A DNA stretch of 64,000 nucleotides from NCBI GenBank assembly GCA_036867785.1, contig CP145424.1, positions 124,001-188,000 of the forward strand. Direction: 5' to 3'. The notes under the pieces were generated by a model, which made no database searches, was not told where the DNA came from, and worked only from the letters and a program-made list of their open reading frames with translations. The number at the start of each line of letters is the position of its first letter. Position 1 is the first letter of the stretch. This document shows, in pieces, positions 52,100 to 61,400 of this stretch. This DNA is from Plasmodiophora brassicae (Eukaryota). The position numbers and the translations under genes are program-made.

Positions 52100-52171
52100 G
52101 GGCGCCGCTGGGAATCGAACCCAGGGCCAACGGTTGAACGTACCGCTGCTGTACCACTCAGCTACGGCGCC
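52100..52171 (-). tRNA. tRNA-like cloverleaf in the TRIM 3' LTR (GTT at the anticodon position, non-canonical loop)
   Basis: GGCGCCG-TA-GCTG/AGTGGTA/CAGC-A-GCGGT/ACGTTCA/ACCGT-TGGCC-CTGGG/TTCGATT/CCCAG-CGGCGCC-C. A and B boxes are intact. Confidence 0.85.
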
Positions 52172-52339
52172 TGAAGTCCGACTGGCGTGAGGATTGGATG
52201 TATGTAATTCCTGACACGCCCCCTCAATCCGTAGCCAGGTGTGACGATGGTGTCTGTCCTGGGATCTACTACGGAAGAGGGCCCATTGGCGCCACGCATT
52301 TCTGTATGGCTATGTATAGCGCATACGACTGTTAATCTG

Positions 52340-52344
52340 AAAAA
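52340..52344 (-). terminator. T5 Pol III terminator after the LTR tRNA (second copy at 52092-52096)
   Basis: ...GGCGCCC-GCG-TTTTT-CA at the LTR end. Confidence 0.6.
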
Positions 52345-52347
52345 CGC

Positions 52348-52419
52348 GGGCGCCGCTGGGAATCGAACCCAGGGCCAACGGTTGAACGTACCGCTGCTGT
52401 ACCACTCAGCTACGGCGCC
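52348..52419 (-). tRNA. tRNA-like cloverleaf in the TRIM 5' LTR (identical copy)
   Basis: Identical to 52100-52171. Confidence 0.85.
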
Positions 52420-52725
52420 TGAAGTCCGACTGGCGTGAGGATTGGATGTATGTAATTCCTGACAGCTGCACCTATGATGATCACGGTCACACCTTGAACC
52501 GGCATGCAACTCCGCTAGACCACAACTACCGGAAACTCCGGGCAGGCACAGTCAACAGTCCCACAAGGTCCAGTCATGTGTTCCCAGAATAGACCGCGGA
52601 CTCCGGAGACCGTGGCGGACTCCGGAGACACACTGGAGGTTGGCAGACCAGCGGGCCAGGAATATATCAGAGTTCGAACTGCTTTTCGATGACAACGTCT
52701 CAATGCTAGATTGAGAGATGTCACA

Positions 52726-55700
52726 GAACCCTTGAGCGCAGAGACGAGCGCTGAACTTACGGATGCCACCGTCGCCACTGAGCGAAGACTTGACCCGGAA
52801 CACCCACTTGGCGCCAACAGCGATCTTACCTTTCGGCAGGTCGATGAGCGGGCCGAACGTGCCCTTGGAGTCCAGCGTTGCCATCTGGGTGAGGGCAGCG
52901 TCCCACCAGTGGCCGGCGAACGACGATGAGAGGGCCTCGGCCATCGTATTAGGAACAGGAACATCGATCGCTTTCAGACTCGACAGATCGGGTCGTGGTA
53001 GAGCTGCTGGGTCGATTGGCGCCTGTATCTTAACGCGGCAGGCGGAGACAATGCCACCACGAGCGGCCGGTCGATGGGATCGGATGGCCTCGCGGATGAG
53101 CCGGCGTTCTTCGACCTGTTGCCAGTGGTGAATCTGGCGGCGCGATGGGCGTGGCGGACGTTGAATTGGGGCTCTCAGCACTGGGTGCTGGAACCAGGCG
53201 TCCACCGTTGACGCCCACCGGGTGGAGGACCGGTTTGCCTTCGCGGGACCCTTCCACCATTCGCCCGGTGGTTGACGGTGACGTGTAGATCGACGAGGAT
53301 GCGGCATGTCCAGAACATCGTCGTCGGCGACGACATCAGCCGCAATATCCATGTCAGCAGGAGAGTCATCACCATCGTTGGCGGCATCAGCCGCAATATT
53401 CATGTCAGCAGGAGAATCAGCACCAGCGTCGTTGCCGGCCTCCTGATGGTCCTTAACGTCGGCATCAACGATGCTGGATGCGCGGTTGCCGTCGTGGTTA
53501 TCAGCGTCGACAGCAGCGTCGTTACCAGAATGACCGACGTTGCCGGCGAGATCAGGCAGGGGAGCATGATGGGTATGCGCAGATGGTTGAAGACGATCAG
53601 ATGACGGAGACTGTCGAACTCCATATCCAGCAGCACACTCGTGCAGCACACCGACGCTGCCACGCACTCCGCAAGTCTGGTGTCAGCGCCGCCCGCGATG
53701 ATGTAACGTGCACCGCGTCTCACGTCTACGACGTTGCCCGTCACACCCAATATCTTCGCTCTATATCCATCAATATATCTCACTCTGATTTCGTCGTTTC
53801 AGAGACGACACGACATTGGATGACACCGGAACGGGGGACGCTGATGGTAGCCGTGGGATAACGGCGTCGGCAGCAGCGGGTGATGATGTACGAACGGCAA
53901 CGGTGGACGGGGAACTGGACGCGAGTACGGGCGCGGCCTGTGAAGACTCGAGACCAGAGTTCGACCGCCCGAAGCCGAAGGTGAACGACGTTTCCAGGAA
54001 TTCGGCCGTCGTGCTCTCGAATGTGTCACCTCGTTCGACGTCATAGAAGCGCCATGCCTTCATCCCTGGCGTAAAGCCGATGAATACAGCGCGAACGCGA
54101 CGATGATCCAGCTTGGTCGGCTTCTTCGAAGAGGGGTGAGGGCGCATGGCGTACGCGTCGCAGCCGTAGACGCGCAGGGAAGAGACATCAGGTTTAGCGA
54201 AGCGAGCCGCCTGGAACGATGAGCGACGCCCCGGAAGGACGGATCGAGGATGGACATTGTAGAGGACGGCAGAATACGAGAGCGACCAGGGCCAGGTGAA
54301 ATCGGGCATACGCGCGTGACACCGGATAGCGCCTTCGATACAGCACAGGCTGTAGTTGACAATTTCGGCTCGGCCGTTCTGCTCGGGCGTATACGGAACC
54401 GACTTGCGATGAAGGATGCCGGACTCATTGTAGAACGTAACGCATGCCTTGGAATTAAACTCGCCCCCGCCGTCTGTTTGGAAGTCGGAAATGCCACGTC
54501 CCTCCTGGTTGCGTAGACGTGCATCGTAGTGCTTGATGACATCGAGGGCGTCCGATTTTCGACGGAGCAGGTAGACGGTCAGGTAGCGCGTTGAATCATC
54601 AAGCATGGTCTGGTAATACTCGAAACCGCCAATACCGACGACAGGCCACCGCCCGGAGAGGTCACTATGGACGAGATCGCCAACGCGACGTGCTCGTGAC
54701 GTACTGGGAGGGAATGATGAGCGCTTGTCTTTGGTGAGAAGACAGGCCTCGCATGGACATCGATACTGAAGCTTGGGAATGGGCTGATCGAAAGCCATTC
54801 CCCGACAGCGGCGCTGCAGGAGACGCAGATTGACGTAGCCGAGATGTCCAACGCACGCGTGCCAAAGGGCGGGCGATGCGGAGGCGACTGTGGCGGCGCG
54901 GCAGGACACGCTGGGCGCAGCCGATGAATAAATTTCAGTTGACGATGGGGCAGCGGGAGCACGCAGGGCGATCCTGTAGAGATTATCGGCTCCTCGCGTG
55001 CTGACCGCTAGCGGGGTCCCGACAGGGGACGTCCAGTGGTCCTTGGAATAGATGGTCGCGTTGGGCCCATCGAAGACGATCTTGTGCCCGGATCGGGTGA
55101 GCTGTCCAACGGAGACGAGCGCTTGGCCGAGTCGTGGGACGTGCAGCGAATCGATAGGCGTCATCTGGGACTGATCAGCGCCCAATGACGTCACGCCACG
55201 TCCGGAAGTGGTCGTACGAGACAGGTCTGCAAGTTCAACAGTCGGTCCGGCGACATGTCGGTAAGCGCCGAGATGCTCGCGCAGGGGCGTCATTGTGGTG
55301 GAACATCCAGAATCGAGCAGGCCGACGGAGCTGTTGTCTACGGCGGGGTGACGGGCAGACATGGCGCGAACCGGGACGTACTGATCAGGTTGCGACGATG
55401 TATTCGATGTCGTCCGCCACAACGAGCGCTGTAGGAAACAGTTGCCATTCGTGTGCGGCTTCCTCAAGGTCGTATGTAGGACGCACAGTCCATCCCGTTC
55501 TGGAGCCTTGATCGGGTGTGCGGTGGCGCTTGCGCGGTTCGCCGTTGCGAACGATATCTCCCGGTCAGCATGAGCCTCTTGAATGCGCTGCTCTTCTGAT
55601 GTGAGCGTGGACACGACCTCAGTGACAGTAGGCCGCGGTTCGAGTCCACGACTGTGCAGGTTGGATGCGGCCGTGTCGAATTCTGATGAGGCGTTGCCAG

Positions 55701-56445
55701 CCATCAGGACAGCCAGGAAGGAATCCGTCATGTGAAGCATGTCGTTCGGGAGTGTTGTACGGAAACGTTGGGCAGCGGCTTGCAGACGAGCCGCGTACAA
55801 GGCGACCGATTCACCGGCTTGCTGTCGAACACTGAACAAATCTTTAGAAGCACGAATGACAGACGAAAACGTGCAGGGTCGCAGCATGCGGAAGAGAGCG
55901 CGCCAGCATTGCGCCGATGTACCGGCGTGCAGCAAGTTGTAGCCGATCAGAACGGTCTTGTCGACCATCTGAAACAAGAGTATCTCCCGAGCAGTTGCCT
56001 CCAGATCCGCGTCCACATTGTCGGGGATACTCGGAGTCGGCGATCCGTCCAGGTCGATGCCGACAATTCCCGCGAATCCACGGTTGGTAAACCAAGACGC
56101 GGCGGCGGGCGCCCAAGCGGCAAACGATTCGTGCTTGCCGTCGAACCGAGGCGGAGGCACGCGATCTGTACCTGGACGCACTACGCCGTCCACAATGATT
56201 GGGCGAGGCTGCGTCGTCGGCGTCGTGGCGATGCAGGAGTACGATGCGGTTTGCTGTCGCAGGAATGCGATGCGCGCGATCTTCTCCTGTCGCTCGGCCT
56301 CAGCGAGCTGCGCGTCGAGATCTTGGACATCTGATTCCGCCGCCGTTCGGCCGCGATCGGCCATGACGTTGGACGCGAGCGAGACGCCCAGAGCGCAGTT
56401 ACGACTGTTAATCTGAAACGACGAAATCAGAGTGAGATATATTGA
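52726..56445 (-). mobile_element. Ty1/Copia element, LTR type C: 5' LTR remnant 56414-56445, gag-PR-IN from 56364, RT cut by the Gypsy at 52725
   Basis: PBS 56400-56413; 'LLDSGC', 'VHSDLSG', 'TDGGGEF', 'KWVFRVK', 'ARLCAQGF|'. Confidence 0.94.
53612..53801 (+). mobile_element. Solo Copia LTR (type C, 190 bp) inserted antisense into its own family
   Basis: TGTCGAAC...TTTCA with perfect TSD GAGAC. Its last 32 bp equal the reverse complement of 56414-56445. Confidence 0.93.
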
Positions 56446-56664
56446 GGGTCGTCAGAATTAGCCCTATCTGGTCCGGGAGAAGCGCTTCTAGCGGTACGCT
56501 TCTTTTGCTAAGAAGCTGCTTCTCCGGATAAGAAGCTCGGGTGCACCCTGCTTCAAACTCTGAAGAAGCAGCTTCTCCCCGGAATGAGCGCGGTGGCGGT
56601 CTTTTTGATCGGGTGACGTCGGGTATGCGACAGAGATTACAGTGGCCTGCGCTGTCCATCAACC

Positions 56665-57969
56665 ATGCCATCGAAGGAGAACGCTTCGGAGAGGCACCAG
56701 ACCCTTGCTGCGCTAGACAGCATGATCAGAACGATGGTCGTTGACGAAAGCACTTGCAGAGCACTCAATCCGCAGCGAGCACTGGCGATCCGCAACGAAA
56801 TCACGCGGCTCCTTGAGTTGAAATGGGGAATCACATGCCATCGTTATATGCTACCTAGGAGAATTATCCCCAAGGGCAATTACCTGTACCGTGTTCTGTC
56901 CGGGCTCGACGACACGGAGTTCAAACAGGACATGAGAGTTTGCAAATCGACTTTTGCGTACATCGTCCACCTTCTCCAGGGTGACCTTTCGATTCTTCCG
57001 TTCTGGTGACTGCTTATTTCCCTGACAAATGCTGTCTTAGGCGACCCAATATTTCACAATGAATCCCGCCACCAGCAGGCACCCGTCTGGGTCCAACTTG
57101 CCGTCGCACTTGATTCCCTGGGCAGAGACGGCTCAGCGGCTTCGACTGACTGTGGGAAGCGGCGAATTGGCGTCGCCTACGGGACTGCGAAGGCCTTCTG
57201 TCGTCGAGTTATTGTCGCCTTGAACAGGCTGGCGAAGCGTTTCATAACGTGGCCTGATGTTGAAGAAAGACGCCGACTCTGTGCGCGATCGGCTGCCTCT
57301 GGGTTCCGTTACGCGGTTGGAGCAGTCGATGGAACGGACTGTGTCTTGGCCTTTAGACCGAGCTTGGACGGTGAGACTTGGTATTCCCACAAGGGGCATT
57401 ATGCGATGAAGGCCATTATCGTTGGCGACGACCGCCGCCTGATCAGGTATGTCCACATTGGGTGGCCTGGTTCGGTCCACAATTCGACAATGTGGGCCTC
57501 GTCAGACCTGCATCGCCATCCCGAGCAACATTTTTCCGACAACGAATATCTCATCGGTGACGCTGGCTTCACTCTATCGTGCGAGCATAGGCTACTGGTC
57601 CCGTATAAGCGCCCCAAGTCTTCTCTCCCCGACAACGCGAAGTTCAACCAGCTGCTGTCGAAATATAGGGTCATGATCGAAAACTTGCTTGGCATCCTCA
57701 AGGGACGCTTTCCATCGCTTCATGGCAACCGACTTCGCCTCACGAATCCCGCCGACTGCGAGAATGCTGCTATGTGGGACATAGCATGTATGGTGCTGCA
57801 TAACATCGTGATTAGCCTCAACAATACCGACGATAACGTCGAGGAGTACGTGGCTCAGGAAATCGACAAAACGGATCATAAGCGAATTTATCAGTCCGAC
57901 GAGGACTGGCGAAAGTCCATTCAGGCGGAGGTACTACAATGGGCACACATGAATGAAGTAAAACTGTAA
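56665..57969 (+). CDS. Harbinger (DDE_Tnp_4/HARBI1-type) transposase with one intron (56981-57040)
   Basis: Splicing gives a continuous frame with 'GAVDGT', 'GWPGSVHN', 'YLIGDAGF', 'RVMIENLLGILKGRF', 'ACMVLHN'. Confidence 0.92.
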
Positions 57970-57976
57970 TCCTTGC

Positions 57977-58420
57977 TTAATGTGTATTATCAGAATCTGG
58001 AAATACGCTGCCCAGGATTTCTCGAATTTCAGCGTTCGTCTTGCCTTGCGCCGCGAGATCTTTGACAAGGTCAGCCTTGAGTGTCTGGACTTTCAACTGG
58101 TACTCCCTTTCCCTCAGGCAAAGGTCTTGCTCCCTGAACCGCCTTTCTTCTTCATATTTTTCTCGTTCGAATGCAAGTTGACGTTCTTGATATTTTGTGT
58201 ACACGGTCGTGAAGTCACGCCTAGGGCGCTTGGTATTCTTATCGCGAGGAGGCCACGTGGACGAGGGCCGCTTAGGCGATGCATCCGGGCCGAGATCACC
58301 ACCTTGGGCGTCATTACCATCAGCGCCGGGATCTGTGCTGGAACTACTTCCCTCACTTGAAGTCCTGCAGTCGCCAGCAGTATTTTCCACCTGTTGAAAT
58401 GCTGTTGTCAAAACTCTTGC
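57977..58420 (-). pseudogene. C-terminal part of the Harbinger accessory (normally Myb/SANT-like) ORF, truncated by the Gypsy insertion
   Basis: Convergent with the transposase; low-complexity region, 'KRPRR' and a charged coiled coil. The DNA-binding domain itself is not visible. Confidence 0.65.
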
Positions 58421-61400
58421 TGACAGGAGATTCCTCAGACGCGTACACAGTTAAGGCTGGAGACGTCGGCGTCGTGCTGCGAAGACATAGCGGATTCGGA
58501 CCCGACACCTATTGTTATGGCACGGCTGTTATGGCACGGCCGCGACGGGGGTCGCGCGGGGGTCGCGCAGCCGCGCAGTTTGAATAAACGTCCACGGCAA
58601 CCGACGGCTTCGGCAGTCGGTTAATTCCGTGTTGTGGAGACAATAGTCGTCCGTCGTGTCGTCTCCTGACATCTTAACCGACCTTAACCGTTCGTCACCG
58701 TCTGTCGTCGCATCGTCTGTCGCTGTCTGTCGTCACCGTCTGTCGTCGCATCGTCTGTCGCCGTCTGTCGTCACCGTCTGTCGTCGCATCGTCTCTCGAT
58801 CGTCTACCTTCGGCCTGTCCGCCCCCTTCGTTCTTCGCTCGTGTACGTCTCGATGACGGTCACGCGCTCCGGCTCGACGGGCTCGACGGCTGACGAAGCC
58901 AAGTGCCCAACGACGCCTCCCTCTCCCATCGACCCAACGACCTTGGCCGATGTGGACGCCGCCGATCGCGCCCTCGCGGGTGCCTTACGGGCCTTCCAGA
59001 TCCAACAGGATGCGTTCTTCACGGAAATGCGGGCTCGCGCTGAGGAGCAGCTGAAGATCTTTACCAACGCGCTTGCCAGTCCACACTCTACGCCGCCTAC
59101 GCCCATGACCGATCCCTCGGCAACATCTGCTGAGCCGTCGTCACATGGCAACGATCCTGTTGTCACGACGACTAAGGTGTCGTTGAGCGAATTTTCCGGC
59201 AATTCCGACGACCTGCCGGCGAGCGAGTGGCTGGCGCTATTCGCTAGCATTGCCCGCGTCGATCTCTCGTCGACCCAGCCACTGTCAGCGGGCGCTCGTG
59301 CGCTCCTGGCTAGCTGCCTGAAGGGCGAAGCGCGTTTCGTTTTTCGTCAACTGGATGCGACCGCCTCCCCAGCCGCGTTCGCCGCGCTGCTCCGGTTTAA
59401 TTTTCCAGAACCGGACGTCGAGACCCTCGAATCCCGGTTCGATGCCCTTCGTCAAACGGGACCGTTCGATGCTCATCTGCGTCGGTTCATGTACCTGTAC
59501 AACGCCGTACAGTCGGCCTCGAAGGGCGAGTACAGTCTCCCGTCAAAGCGCCTGGCGACGAAGTTCCGCAAGTCGCTCGCCCCAGAGCTTTCGACCGAGC
59601 TCTTCAAGCTCAATCCGCCGACATTCGACGCCATGGTCAAAGAGGCAGCGCGCCTGGCCCCCCTCTATGCCCCGGCACACGCGCTCCTAGCTACGGATGC
59701 CTCGCCGACCACTCGGACCAAGCTAACGCCGGAGGAGCGCGAGCGCTGCAAACGGCAAGGATTGTGCATGTATTGCCGGCAGCCCGGCCATATGGTCGCA
59801 ACATGCCCACATCGTCCGCCGGGAAATGGTCAAGGGTGACTGCTCCCGGGTTGGCAGCTCACCCTCTCTCGATACACGAATGTTCTTCGTCCTCGCAACC
59901 CGACACTGTCCTCGTCACTGCTCTTTGTTTCGCAACTGTTCATTCATCTCATCATTTATTCGTTCCGTTTCAATCCACGGGCGATCGCCCGTGGGCGACG
60001 ACGGCCCTTTTGGACTGTGGAGCGACATCTTCCTTCGTCGACGCCGGTTTCGCCCGCCGCTATGGCCTGCCACTCCGCTCCAAAGCACAACCGATTCCAG
60101 TCAAGGTTGTTGACGGCCGTCACCTGCCACCGATCACATTGGAGACGGCGCCATTGCCGTGTTCCGTCAACGGGGCCTTCCACGACACAATTGTCCTCAA
60201 CGTTATTGACGCTCCGAGTCACCGTATAATCCTGGGACTGCCCTGGCTCGAACAGCACAATCCGGATATCGACTGGCTTCGTCGCACCGTACGCGAACGC
60301 ATTACTCGGGGATCACCGCGTTTGTGGCTCGATGCTCGGGCCGGTGGGAACCCCACCGGCTCTGCCGACACGGTTGCCTGCTCTGCTGACACGGTCGCCC
60401 TTTCTGATGCCACAGTCGCCTGCTCTCCTGACACGGCCGTCTGCTCTCCTGACACGGCCGCGTTATTATGCTGCGCCGAGGGGTTGCCCGTCGAACCCGG
60501 CCCGCTTCCGAGCGCACCGCCTTTGGACATTGATCACTTCGTCGCCTCGTCGTCTCCCGTTACTGCCCAGCCGTTACCACCGGTGGGTGCTTCTCTGGTC
60601 GCCGTCGACGTTCCGGAACTAGTGCAGCCTGCGCCTGCTACTGACCAGCCATTAGTGCCGGTGGCTGCTTCTCTGGTCGACGGTCCGGAACTCGTGCCGC
60701 CCGTGTCTGCCGCTGGTCGACCAGAGAATTCCGCCGCACCGCCTGAGTCGGCGACCGCAGCTGCCGCCACTGTTCCGCCACCGCTTCCGCCTCTTTCGTG
60801 CTTGGCACCGGCCCCCTCTTGTTCAGAACATCCCTCGGTTTCGCCGGCACGTCGCCGCGCGGGTCGACGCGCCCCTTTCGCCTGCTCAGGGCGCAGCAGT
60901 CCACACGGGTCACTCGCCTCCCAGCTGTGTGCGCTCGTGGGGCTGGTCGCCCTCCTGGTATTGATTGCCAACAGCTCCGCCCCGAGACGTGCGCCTTCCA
61001 TGCTTCCGGATCCCTGCGTCATCGACAACGCCTTGCTGACTTCCGTGCCACAGGCCTCCACGTCGTCGTCGGTTGGAACGGATCCGTCGACTACCTACGG
61101 AGCCGCCAGGCGAACCTGTGGAGCCGCTCTCCATCGCGTTTGTTTCCGCCGAACCGTTCTTAGACGACGTGCAAGACGGCGCAGACTGCTATGCCATCCA
61201 CTACACATGGTCACCGTCCGATTCCGCTGCCCACGCCGCGGAACTACCGCCGCAATATCAGGAGTTTACTGACGTGTTCGATAAGGCGAACTCAACGACT
61301 CTTCCTGATCACCGATCGTTCGACTGTCCGATTGACCTGAAACCTGGTGGCGACCCGCCGTATTGCCGTCTGTACGGGCTGTCACCCCGGGAACAAGAAG

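Larger units (their letters stand above)
52090..52464 (-). mobile_element. TRIM (375 bp) with tRNA-containing LTRs
   Basis: Identical 127-bp LTRs (52090-52216, 52338-52464) with TG..CA ends. PBS 52317-52337, PPT 52217-52230, perfect TSD GCTGC (52085-52089 and 52465-52469). No ORF. Confidence 0.95.
48364..52725 (+). mobile_element. 5'-truncated Ty3/Gypsy element with chromodomain integrase; 3' LTR 52065-52725 interrupted by the TRIM
   Basis: RT 'WASPVVVV..WRMCVD..WIDD', RNase H 'ADAS..TDHRNL..N.WAD', integrase 'H..H..C..C / SDQ / NGTVE / KWRGPY', chromo 'LLIKWRGFSEDESSWEP'. PPT GAGGGGAG, LTR TGT..ACA, frameshift near 50550. Confidence 0.95.
56446..58420 (+). mobile_element. PIF/Harbinger DNA transposon (left part)
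   Basis: Begins GGGTCGTCAG after TGA, exactly where the Copia LTR match stops. Contains two convergent ORFs and is cut at 58421 by a Gypsy LTR. Confidence 0.85.

Noticed and set aside
52286-52293. TGGCGCCA as a second PBS for the LTR-encoded tRNA 3' end
   Set aside because: It is not adjacent to the LTR and does not match the expected complement (TGGGGGCGCCG) of the CCA-added tRNA-like RNA.
52090-52464. Two ordinary tandem tRNA-Asn genes, or a CRISPR-like repeat-spacer unit
   Set aside because: The repeats have TG..CA ends, a PBS, a PPT and a TSD, and the anticodon loop is non-canonical, so these are LTRs of a TRIM.
58690-60460. Tandem repeats in the Gypsy leader (~38-bp units) and pol spacer (21-bp units, ADTVACS-like)
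   Set aside because: Typical slippage repeats in unconstrained retroelement regions.
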